This document shows, piece after piece, positions 18,523 through 26,690 of a stretch of 64,000 bases of DNA. How positions within the stretch are numbered: the first letter of the stretch is position 1; each line of letters starts with the position of its first letter. Location: contig JAZDNT010000002.1 in assembly GCA_043799405.1 (NCBI GenBank), positions 171,320 through 235,319 on the forward strand, written 5' to 3'. Made by a program: the position numbers and the translations under genes. The DNA comes from Candidatus Kerfeldbacteria bacterium. Lineage in GTDB: Bacteria > Patescibacteriota > Patescibacteriia > SBBC01. The notes beneath the pieces were generated by a model. It saw only the letters and a list, made by a program, of their open reading frames with translations, was not told where the DNA came from and did no database searches.

Positions 18523-19929
18523 CTAGGTTTTTTTCGCGGTTTTGCCGCGCCCGTTTGCTGTATCGAACGTTACGATGAACTGGGAGCCGACGCCCTCGAT
18601 GCTCTCGACCTCGATTCCGCCGCTCATCTTCTCGACGATCTGCTTCGTGATCCAGAGCCCGAGACCTGTTCCGCTGATCTCGCTCGTCTTATCGTTCTGC
18701 ACGCGGTAGAATTTCGTAAAGAGGCGCTCGAGCTCCTTCGGGCTCATGCCGATGCCAGTGTCAGCGACCTTGATGCGGAGCGTTCCCTCATGTACTTCGG
18801 GCTGGACCGAAACGTTCCCCTTCGGCGTGTACTTGATGCCGTTGCCGACGAGGTTGACCATGACCTGCTTGAACCGGTCGCGGTTTACGGAAATGACCGG
18901 AAGCGGACCTGAGCTAGTACACGTCAGGGCAAGATTCTTCTCTTGCGCCATTGGCATGAGCTCGGTGATGACCTCTTGGATGACCGCGAAGGGTTCGACG
19001 TCAGAAAGCTTAAGGTCGAGCCGGCCCTGCTCGATGCGCGAGACGTTCAAAAGGTCCTCGACGAGCACGTTCAGGCGGTCCGCGCTCTTCGCGACGGTCG
19101 TTAACGCCTCTTTTGCCTTGTCGGGGATTGTACCGAAGCTGCCATCGAGCGTCATATCGATGTACCCGCGGATCCCCGTGATTGGCGTTCTAAGCTCGTG
19201 TGATGCAATGGAGATGAATTCATCCTTCATCTGGTCGACCTCCTTGAGCTTCTGGAAGAGGATCGTGTACTGGAACAGCTTCGTGTTGCTCGCGAGCAGG
19301 AGGATCACGACGAGGATCGTCGCTATCAGCATCACCGTTGCTCTCGTAACGCTTCCTCGGACGAGGTCATCGACGACCTGCGATGAGAACTTCATGCTGA
19401 TGAGCGCGACGTGTTTACCTTCGGAATTCTTGATCGGACTCACGACGACCCAGAACCGGCGTGTTGAATCACCCGGCAGGATCTCCTGGTTAACGGTCGC
19501 CTTATCGGATGAGATCGTCTGGTATGCGATCGCTTCGTTGCGGTGCCACGCAATGACCGCATTGAGATCATCGACATCCTTGCCGACGAGCGACGGGACG
19601 GCGCTTGCTACGACCGTGAACAATTCGCCCTGCGGTTTAAGAACGTCAATGCCCCACACTTCTTCGCTCGAGGACTTCACGTTATCGACGTACTCCTGCA
19701 GCTTTGTTTGGTCTTGTACTGCTGTTCCGACGACCGACTGGAACACCTGTTCAGCGAGGAACGCCTTCCGCTGCAGCTCGATGTCCATGTTCTGTCGCGC
19801 CGACTGGACCGTAGAGAGCGTGTTGAATACCATCGTCGTCGGTATGAGGATGAGGAGCAGGACCGCGAAAACGACCTGACCCCGTTCGCTCAGGAAGAAC
19901 GCCTGGATTGCTTTGAACAGTTGTTTCAT
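18523..19929 (-). CDS. Sensor histidine kinase (HisKA + HATPase_c), no adjacent response regulator
   Basis: H-box SIASHELRTPIT, N/G boxes NLVGNGIKYT and DTGIGM..GTGLGLWI. Two TM segments flank an extracytoplasmic domain. The start is taken at MKQLFKAIQ; the track ORF extends to 19983. Confidence 0.9.
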   Translation of the reverse strand: MKQLFKAIQAFFLSERGQVVFAVLLLILIPTTMVFNTLSTVQSARQNMDIELQRKAFLAEQVFQSVVGTAVQDQTKLQEYVDNVKSSSEEVWGIDVLKPQGELFTVVASAVPSLVGKDVDDLNAVIAWHRNEAIAYQTISSDKATVNQEILPGDSTRRFWVVVSPIKNSEGKHVALISMKFSSQVVDDLVRGSVTRATVMLIATILVVILLLASNTKLFQYTILFQKLKEVDQMKDEFISIASHELRTPITGIRGYIDMTLDGSFGTIPDKAKEALTTVAKSADRLNVLVEDLLNVSRIEQGRLDLKLSDVEPFAVIQEVITELMPMAQEKNLALTCTSSGPLPVISVNRDRFKQVMVNLVGNGIKYTPKGNVSVQPEVHEGTLRIKVADTGIGMSPKELERLFTKFYRVQNDKTSEISGTGLGLWITKQIVEKMSGGIEVESIEGVGSQFIVTFDTANGRGKTAKKT

Positions 19930-20078
19930 GGTGTTGTAGTCGATGTATTCATACGGACAAGGAAAAACACGAGGCGTGAGCATGAACGCTCGCTCCTGCG
20001 ATCAGTAAGCCTCTTATATTTTGGATCCTCTCCCGAGAATCGTTTTTTTTCATGGTTGGTTGTTTATTTGACTTATCT

Positions 20079-20107
20079 ATTATACCACGTATTTCAGGTT
20101 CGGTCAA
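20079..20107 (-). promoter_or_regulatory. Sigma-70 consensus-like promoter for the histidine kinase
   Basis: On the minus strand: TTGACC-17 nt-TATAAT. Confidence 0.55.
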
Positions 20108-20463
20108 TGAAAAATTAATTTTCAATACAGCCAAAATGCAAAGCTACGAACACATTAATACGCGTACAAGTTGGTTTTAAAAATTTTTTATAACTATACA
20201 CCCTGGAGTAGCCATCGACACACGAACAATTTGTTTCATTCGGGCTCGGTGTTTCAGATTCGAACCCTTGAATAATAGATACATCTTGCGCAGAGTGGCG
20301 ACCTTTGGATTTCTTTTAAGAACTTGATTGGAGTCAAACTATGGAAACAGTGAGATCTGCTTTGCACAAATATAATAATAAAAACTACACTTATATGTAA
20401 TGGTAATTATTTCGGCTCGCCCTGCATGCGCAGGGCGAGCCGTCCAACAGAACTTCTGCTTCA

Positions 20464-21757
20464 TCAGGCCCCGGTCTCTGCCTCCGCGGCGACCTTCTGT
20501 GCGACCTTCACGGACGCGAACTTCTTCAGCACGTCGAGCAGGATGCCGGGCACCTTCTCCAACTCCTCGGTCACCACGAACTCCAGGGGGCCATGGAGGT
20601 TGTCGCCACCGTACCCCATGTTCGGCGTGGGGACCTTCGGGTAGGTGTTGTTGAACATGGCACCATCGGTGCCGCCCCTGGCCATGTGATCCGTCGCCGT
20701 CACGCCAGCTGCCTCGTGCGCAGCGTGGAGGATCTCCAGCACCTCGGGGGTCATGGACTGCACGTTGTTGATGCAGGCCAGGCGGTTCTTGGTCACCTCG
20801 AGCGTGCAGCCCCCCCCGCGCCGCCTCCTCCTCGGCGATGCGGAGCAGAGTCGCCGTCATCTCGTCGGACACCTCGGCCTCGAAAGCCCGGGGCGCCAGC
20901 ATCAGGACGGTCTGGCTCGGGTTGCCCTCGATGTTGGTGACGTAGAAGAACGACCTCGTCTTGTCCTTGATCCCATCCCACGGTGACGGGTACATTGCCG
21001 TCATCCGTTGGATGAACCGGAGCGCAGCGTAGTGCGACGCCTTCAGCAGCTTCGGGTACTCGCCGGGGTGCGCGTCCTGGCCCCTGAAGGTCAGCATGAC
21101 CTGGCGGCAGTGGAAGCACCCGACGGAGAGGTTCCCGAGCCGAGTGCCGTCCACGGTCAGGAACATGCCGAACGACTCGGCGAGCTCCTTCGGCAGGTGC
21201 TCGATGCCGAGCTGGCCGATCTCCTCGTCCACGCAGAACCAGATCATGACCGGTCCGTGCGTGTATGCGCCGGTGAGCAGCGCCTCGATCAGGGTGACCA
21301 GTGAGGCAACGCCGGCCTTGTCGTCGCCGCCCAGCAGCGTCGTCCCGTCCGAGGTGATGATGTGTTTCCCTTCGAGGCCCGCGAGGTGGTCCGCCGGAAT
21401 CACCACGTCGTTGAAGGGCAGCTTGATGTCTCCGCCCGCGTAGTCGTGGATCGTCGGCTTCGCATCGCCCGGCATGCCATAGTAGGTGTCGACGTGCCCT
21501 GCGAGGCACATGCGCTTCGCGTCCTCGAAGCCGGGAGTGGCCGGGATGTCGACGAGGATCGAGTGGTCGCCGAGGTGCGTAATGCAGGCATCGGGCACGC
21601 CGATCGTAGTCAGCTCCACCGCCAGCATGCCCATGAAGGTCAGCTGGCCAGGACTGCTGGGCGTCGTGACCTCCTCACCCGGGCCGAAGTTGTGTGAGCG
21701 GGTACCCACACGGACGTACTGCAACAAGCGTTCGAGTACTGGAGACTGTGAACCCAA
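20464..21757 (-). pseudogene. pepT: Peptidase T (M20B tripeptidase)-like gene with a frameshift in a G8/C8 homopolymer; very high GC
   Basis: SPVLERLLQYVRVGT.., GHVDT, GGDDKAGVA, VDEEIG. The C-terminal third (RGGTDGAMF..YGGDNLHGPLE) lies in another frame (track ORF 20464..20796). The frames join if the C8 run at 20810-20817 is 7 nt. Probable TTG start at 21757 after GGAGGTG. Confidence 0.75.
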
Positions 21758-21941
21758 GGGTACACCTCCGTGTTGGGAATGAGCTGCTATGCTAAGCGTT
21801 CGCTTAGCGCGGACACGGCAACATCCTACAGTTACTGAAATATTTGTCAAGAAAGATATTTTCCAACGCCGCTTGCTGGATACAAAAAAACGGACCGTGA
21901 TCGTTTGTCACAGCAACTGATATCTGAGTATTGTTATATAT

Positions 21942-22146
21942 CTGGGATGGCTAATGGCCACAGCACCAATCGCTGCGCTCTGGTGCTGGGTCTCCGCGGA
22001 GTTTACCCCGCCGAATGGCGGGGCTTCGAGATTCGAACCCATGCTAAAGGTTTACCCAGCACCCATCGTGGTGTTGGGCTCCACCCCGTAGAACGCTCTC
22101 CCCGATCTAGTCGGGGATCGTTCGTGTCCACGGAGCGCGGCAGGCC
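21942..22146 (-). ncRNA. Candidate structured RNA element A (paralogue of B) containing an interrupted tRNA-His 3' half ending in C-CCA
   Basis: It begins at the arsM stop codon. It shares conserved blocks with 22899..23060, separated by covarying hairpins. It contains CCTTTAGCATGGGTTCGAATC and CCATTAGCCATCCCA, which match tRNA-His at 20/21 and 14/15 nt. Confidence 0.5.
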
Positions 22147-22872
22147 CTACTTTGTCGCTTCGATCATGAGGCTTTCGAGAGGAATTCCCTCGTACTGCTG
22201 TTTGCTGATGTCCTTGTTATCCGACAGAACGCATACCGTAAAACCTGCTTCGCGTACCAGTCCGATGTACGCATCCTTCAGTATCGCTCCCGCAACGCAC
22301 CCGGCAATGAGTTCCTTGTCGTTTTTCTGTTCAGGCGAAAGCTTGACGAGGAGGACGATGTCGGATACGTACATGCGTCCGCCGGACTTGAGCACCCGGT
22401 GCGCCTCGCTAAAAACCTTGCGCTTGTCCGGCGCGAGGTTGATCACGCAGTTGGAGATAATCACGTCGACGGAATTGCTCTCAAGCGACAGCCGCTCGAT
22501 GTCTCCGAGGATGAACCGGACGTTGTCATGGCCGTTTGCCTTCGCGTGTGTGCGTGCGCGGTCGACCATCTCCTGAGTGAAGTCGATGCCGATGACTTTT
22601 CCGTGCGTACCGACCTTCTCTGCGGCGAGGAAACAATCAATCCCGCCGCCGCTGCCGAGGTCAAGGACGGTGTCACCTTTCCGTATAACGCTGAACGCGG
22701 TCGGGTTGCCGCACCCGAGCCCGAGGTCCGCGCTGCCGACCTTCTGCAGCTGTTCGTCGGTGTAGCCAATCTGTTTCGAGACGTTCCTATCGGAGCATGA
22801 ACACGCGCACGGTTTTTTCGTTGCAGCGATCGACGAGTACTTTTTCTTGACGATGGATTTTACGTTCTTCAT
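22147..22872 (-). CDS. arsM: Arsenite S-adenosylmethionine methyltransferase
   Basis: VLDLGSGGGID (SAM motif I), DVIISNCVINLAPDK and LIAGCVAGA (the conserved ArsM cysteines), plus an N-terminal CACSC. The start is taken at ATG MKNVKS; the track starts at an upstream TTG. Confidence 0.85.
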   Translation of the reverse strand: MKNVKSIVKKKYSSIAATKKPCACSCSDRNVSKQIGYTDEQLQKVGSADLGLGCGNPTAFSVIRKGDTVLDLGSGGGIDCFLAAEKVGTHGKVIGIDFTQEMVDRARTHAKANGHDNVRFILGDIERLSLESNSVDVIISNCVINLAPDKRKVFSEAHRVLKSGGRMYVSDIVLLVKLSPEQKNDKELIAGCVAGAILKDAYIGLVREAGFTVCVLSDNKDISKQQYEGIPLESLMIEATK

Positions 22873-22898
22873 ATATTCTTGACACAAAATAAGATTTT

Positions 22899-23060
22899 AG
22901 GGTGGCTATCGGCCACAGCACTACTCGTTTCACTCGAGTGCTGGGTAAAGATTCTGCCCCCGAGCTAAAGGTTTACCCAGAACCCGAATGCAATGAGTGG
23001 TTCTGGGCTTCCACCCCGTAGAACGCTCACGATGTTCGCGTCCACGGGGCGCGGCAGGCC
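22899..23060 (-). ncRNA. Candidate structured RNA element B between tRNA-His and arsM
   Basis: Co-linear with element A (GGCCTGCCGCGC, GAGCGTTCTACGGGGTGGA, CTGGGTAAACCTTTAGC, GTGCTGTGGCC, TAGCCACCC). No ORF and no terminator separates it from tRNA-His. Confidence 0.5.
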
Positions 23061-23089
23061 AAGTATGTCCACGCAGGTGGCTACCACCT

Positions 23090-23164
23090 TGGGGTGGCTA
23101 ATGGGAATCGAACCCATGCTAAAGGCTCCACAGGCCTCTGTGCTACCGCTACACCATAGCCACC
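23090..23164 (-). tRNA. tRNA-His (anticodon GTG) with encoded G-1 and CCA
   Basis: Manual cloverleaf: G-1, acceptor GTGGCTA/TAGCCAC, D-arm GTGT-AGCGGTA-GCAC, anticodon arm GAGGC-CTGTGGA-GCCTT, T-arm ATGGG-TTCGATT-CCCAT, discriminator C, CCA. Confidence 0.9.
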
Positions 23165-23185
23165 ACGTAAGCACTTTGCGCTCGG

Positions 23186-23214
23186 AATGTAGCAAAAAAG
23201 TCGCTGTTTCGCAA
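23186..23214 (-). promoter_or_regulatory. Putative promoter of tRNA-His (and possibly the downstream B-arsM-A unit)
   Basis: On the minus strand: TTGCGA-17 nt-TACATT, about 15 nt upstream of the tRNA 5' end. Confidence 0.4.
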
Positions 23215-23293
23215 CCCTCGGCCGTTGCAACGGAGTTGACGGTAGTCGAGTACCCCAAGCAACGAACTATCATCAGCATGATATACTTCATCT

Positions 23294-23917
23294 ATGCTCG
23301 ATACGATCGTCATTGCAACGCAGAATCCCGCGAAGAAAGCACGATACGGCCGCATCCTGAAGACGCTGGCGAAGAATGTTGTGAATCTCAAGGATCTCGG
23401 CGTCGCTGAAAAACCCACGGAATCTGGGGAAACGGCAGAGCAAAACGCGGAGATCAAGGCGCGGTTCTACGCCGACCGCGTGAAGTTTCCTGTGCTTGCC
23501 GAGGACGAGGCGCTATTTCTGGATTACCTGTCGGTCAACGAGCAGCCCGGCGTCCATGTCCGGCGTGTGAACGGCAGGGAAGAGGTGAACGACGACGAAC
23601 TTCTCGCGCATTGGGAGGGGATCGTGTCGAAACTTCCCGAAGGAAAGAGGACGGGCAAGTGGCATATCGCATACTGCCTCGCAGTTCAGGGAAAACCGGT
23701 CGCGACCGTTGCGCTCGATCATCCAATCCTTTTCTTTTCACCGCCGTCGAAAGTCCGCATCCCCGGCTGGCCCATGAGCAGTTTGGAAGGTCCTGTCCGT
23801 TTTGGAAAGCCACACACCGAACTGACGGAAGAGGAGCATCGGATGAATGATGCGACAGCAGATGAGGCGATTCGGGGGAAGTTGGGGGAGTTGATGCGGT
23901 CTAAGTATAGTAATTGA
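23294..23917 (+). CDS. Ham1/RdgB-like non-canonical NTP pyrophosphatase (divergent)
   Basis: IVIATQNPAKKARYGRIL, ESGETAEQNAEIKA, AEDEALFLD. The C-terminal half diverges from canonical RdgB. Confidence 0.55.
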   Translation: MLDTIVIATQNPAKKARYGRILKTLAKNVVNLKDLGVAEKPTESGETAEQNAEIKARFYADRVKFPVLAEDEALFLDYLSVNEQPGVHVRRVNGREEVNDDELLAHWEGIVSKLPEGKRTGKWHIAYCLAVQGKPVATVALDHPILFFSPPSKVRIPGWPMSSLEGPVRFGKPHTELTEEEHRMNDATADEAIRGKLGELMRSKYSN

Positions 23918-23923
23918 AATACA

Positions 23924-25429
23924 ATGAACAGAAAGGTGTTTCAAAAAAATTTGGAGGCATTACTACCATCGGTGTTGTCATATGCTGTCGATGAGATTCC
24001 AAAATTGAAAAAAGTATTAGAAACACGTCATCAACAAGATTCTACATCGAGTGAATTCAAAACATTTATTAATAAATGTCATGAGGGCTTTAAGAAAGCT
24101 CAAACACAAATCATCCCCATTTTACTTGTACTTGAAGACGAGATAATTATCGTCAAACAACAAATATTCGCCTGCGAGAGGGGCAAGCATAAAAAGGAAT
24201 TAGAAAGAGACGAAATCCATAATCGGCTTTCTGATGAACTATTTGAGCTTGAAATTCAAAGACGTGCAATAAAAAATGTTGCGGATGTAATTGTTTGGAA
24301 TATCTTTCATTTGGAAAAAACGCATATTAAAGCATTCATGACACCCTCTATGCATAGCGGCTATTTGAAGGATAGGGACATAAAATCTGTAAAGAAAATT
24401 GCTGAAGAATATAATCGGGACGAAAATAGTTTTGCGTTGATTACCGATATCACTTCTACGATAGGCATCGGTGATATTTTACTGATTAAAGGGGGCGAAT
24501 TTCATGTAATTGAAGTCGGAGGAGGAGAAAAAAATGACAAGGTTGAAAATACACTGCATGAGGTTTTTGGATCTGGATTAGATAAAGCCGATATCAATAA
24601 ATGGCGGGATCTAATGAGAGATTCAGACTTCCATGAAAAAAAACATCTCTACCGAAAAACAAAACAATTACTAAGATCAATGGCGGCGGTTCATTATCTG
24701 CAATTCGACGAAGGATATGATCCTACACTGAAAGCATACAAAAAAGCGACCACAATTGAAGCTCCTTCACAATCTTTTTCAGAAATTATTAATCTTGCTC
24801 TCGATCAAGAAGACAAGTGGTCAAAATATCCATTTCTATTGCCATTGGATTGTGTCATTGTTGGAATCGTAAAAAGAAATACCCCCGCATCCTATTTAAC
24901 TAGCGAGTGGGAATTCAAACATCATCTATACCATTTTATTTATGAACCTTGGGAGAATTGTGGTTACGGCAAGTTGCAAGAGTCAAATAAAGAATCCGAC
25001 GAAAGTTTTTTTGAATTTCCAAAATACTATAATATTCCAATATTCCGATTGCTCCAAGCGGTTTTTTATCCCGTAGTTTTACCGCTTTACATTACTCTGA
25101 AACCACAACATGCGATTAGTTTATATTGCAGAATAATGTCCATCTTCATGTTCTTTGATGGTGATCGGTTTATAGATATGTGTCATGAAAGAGGCCTTGA
25201 TGCAGAGTGGAACGAGTATCCAAATCAATTGAAAGGAGGAAATACTCGTGATCTCGCAAAATTCGACAAGGGTTATATTCAAATATCTTACGAGGGAACA
25301 ACGATTTTTCTTGGAAACGGTATTTTATTTCGCATGCTTTACGAATTTCAATCGGGCTATAGCACTATTGAACAAATTAAAGAAATGTTAATCACTACCA
25401 CAGAACAACATATGAGAAAAGAAAAATAA
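23924..25429 (+). CDS. AT-rich orphan protein (501 aa) with coiled-coil N-terminus and a possible PD-(D/E)xK/NERD-like core
   Basis: Its composition is far lower in GC than its flanks and it has no SD. The central segment ALITDITSTIGIGDILLIKGGEFHVIEVGGGEKN resembles the D..(hhh)..hhExK strand pattern, but the K is displaced. Confidence 0.6.
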   Translation: MNRKVFQKNLEALLPSVLSYAVDEIPKLKKVLETRHQQDSTSSEFKTFINKCHEGFKKAQTQIIPILLVLEDEIIIVKQQIFACERGKHKKELERDEIHNRLSDELFELEIQRRAIKNVADVIVWNIFHLEKTHIKAFMTPSMHSGYLKDRDIKSVKKIAEEYNRDENSFALITDITSTIGIGDILLIKGGEFHVIEVGGGEKNDKVENTLHEVFGSGLDKADINKWRDLMRDSDFHEKKHLYRKTKQLLRSMAAVHYLQFDEGYDPTLKAYKKATTIEAPSQSFSEIINLALDQEDKWSKYPFLLPLDCVIVGIVKRNTPASYLTSEWEFKHHLYHFIYEPWENCGYGKLQESNKESDESFFEFPKYYNIPIFRLLQAVFYPVVLPLYITLKPQHAISLYCRIMSIFMFFDGDRFIDMCHERGLDAEWNEYPNQLKGGNTRDLAKFDKGYIQISYEGTTIFLGNGILFRMLYEFQSGYSTIEQIKEMLITTTEQHMRKEK

Positions 25430-25523
25430 GTAAAGCCCTTCCTCTCTTGAAAGTCTATTCTTTCCCTACACTCTCATCATCCCGTTTGCCATTGCCGGCC
25501 GCATCGGTTTCGGCGGGGTAAAT

Positions 25524-25549
25524 ACAGCGCGGCATTAATGCCGCGCTGT
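25524..25549. repeat. REP-like perfect palindrome, left copy
   Basis: ACAGCGCGGCATTAATGCCGCGCTGT, identical to 26114..26139. Confidence 0.9.
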
Positions 25550-25594
25550 GTGTATGTGGGTCGTGATGTAGGGTGTTGCGATGACACGCTGCGA

Positions 25595-26032
25595 TCAACT
25601 GCCAACCTTTTCGCGCGCCGCCTCATCGATATACACCCACGGCGGCTTTCCGTACCTTTCCGGTAATTCCGTTTTCCTGAAGTTGTAACGAATATATTCG
25701 ACTGTCCGATTGAATCGCAAGTCACTGTCGATAATGCGGAAATTGAATCGTGGCTGCCAAAACCTTCCTTGCCTCAATAGAATCGAATATCTCCCCTTCA
25801 CGATGTTCATCAATTTCGACAATGAATAGCGCCCGTTCCTCCGTACAAGAAGATGGACGTGATTCGGCAAAACGCAGAAACCAAAAAGCGCGAAGTCGTA
25901 CTGGATGCAGGATCGTCGCAGTACCCGACTGAAACGCACGGCGGTTTTAGATGCAGTAAAATGCAACAAACCAAACGCGGTGTTCGTGGTGACGAAGTAG
26001 ATATGCTGCCCGTCGATTGCGCGTTGCGTCAT
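25595..26032 (-). mobile_element. IS200-like Y1 (HUH) transposase / REP-associated tyrosine transposase (RAYT)-like gene
   Basis: HUH motif in VLPNHVHLLV and a C-terminal tyrosine region EYIRYNFRK. About 146 aa from the internal ATG (MTQRAIDGQHIYF). The track ORF start at 26125 lies inside the right palindrome. Confidence 0.75.
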
Positions 26033-26113
26033 GGCAAATGTTCCGTGACGCGCCACCGACGATGTGAGCGTAAATGCAAATATCGTCGTTGTCAACGTTG
26101 CAGCCATTTCATT

Positions 26114-26139
26114 ACAGCGCGGCATTAATGCCGCGCTGT
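26114..26139. repeat. REP-like perfect palindrome, right copy
   Basis: ACAGCGCGGCATTAATGCCGCGCTGT. Together with 25524..25549 it brackets the RAYT-like gene. Confidence 0.9.
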
Positions 26140-26249
26140 AAATTGCTGTTGCGATTGCGTCCTTATATTCTCATCATTCCATTCGCCATTGCTGGCATCG
26201 GTCTCATGGTCGGTTTCGGCGGTTCCTCTGCCATCGGTGCGACGGAGTG

Positions 26250-26366
26250 CTACTTCGTGATCATCTTCTGGAACAGGGGAACGGCAATGCCGAGCGTTAC
26301 GACACCGAAGGCACCGAGGATAATAAGTTCGAGGCTGACTGCAGAGATACCGGCGCCGAGCACCAT
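26250..26366 (-). CDS. Possible 38-aa hydrophobic peptide
   Basis: Below the ORF-track cutoff. It reads MVLGAGISAVSLELIILGAFGVVTLGIAVPLFQKMITK, with GGAGA about 13 nt upstream. It is co-oriented with tRNA-Arg and the RAYT gene. Confidence 0.3.
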   Translation of the reverse strand: MVLGAGISAVSLELIILGAFGVVTLGIAVPLFQKMITK

Positions 26367-26450
26367 GAAGGTGCGGGATCTCCGCTACGCTCCGAGAGTC
26401 GGTTGGGAGAAAGCGCACGGTTTTGGGCTTACCCGCCCGCCTGACTCGTC

Positions 26451-26525
26451 TGGTGCCCTCGAGAGGAATTGAACCTCTATAACCGGCTTAGAAGTCCGGT
26501 GTTCTATCCGTTGAACTACGAGGGC
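26451..26525 (-). tRNA. tRNA-Arg (anticodon TCT) with encoded CCA
   Basis: GCCCTCG acceptor pairs with CGAGGGC, the anticodon loop is CTTCTAA, the T-arm is AGAGG-TTCAATT-CCTCT, and the 3' end is ACCA. Confidence 0.88.
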
Positions 26526-26690
26526 GTGTCAGGCGAGTCGGGCGGGAAAGTCTCTTGCTCTACCTGCCCCGTACCTAGCGAGCACACGCGAGCATTGGTT
26601 CGGGGTCCATTGTCCCGCGAAGTGGGATCCCGCCTTCCTTGAGAATGTATCATTGAATGAGGCGGAAAGCTACGGGGGCACGCGCAGTGC

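Noticed and set aside
20190-20300. A third tRNA-like fragment (GGGTTCGAATCT plus ATGGCTA) and a 14-nt match (TGCGCAGAGTGGCG) to 34741-34754.
   Set aside because: The T-loop-like 12-mer has no pairing T-stem or acceptor. Exact 14-mers are expected by chance several times in a 64-kb window when both strands are compared. This is too weak to call.
21884-21905. A canonical rho-independent terminator after RNA-like element A.
   Set aside because: A T7 run is present on the minus strand, but the preceding stem (GTGA/TCAC or ACAAACG/CGTTT..) is weak. It is mentioned in the finding but not annotated as a feature.
26074-26472. The 132-aa (+) and 97-aa (-, 26125..26418) ORFs between the RAYT gene and tRNA-Arg.
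   Set aside because: Both start inside, or run through, the REP palindrome and the direct repeat. They have Arg-rich low-complexity translations, and one overlaps the tRNA flank. Only the 38-aa hydrophobic mini-ORF is kept, at low confidence.
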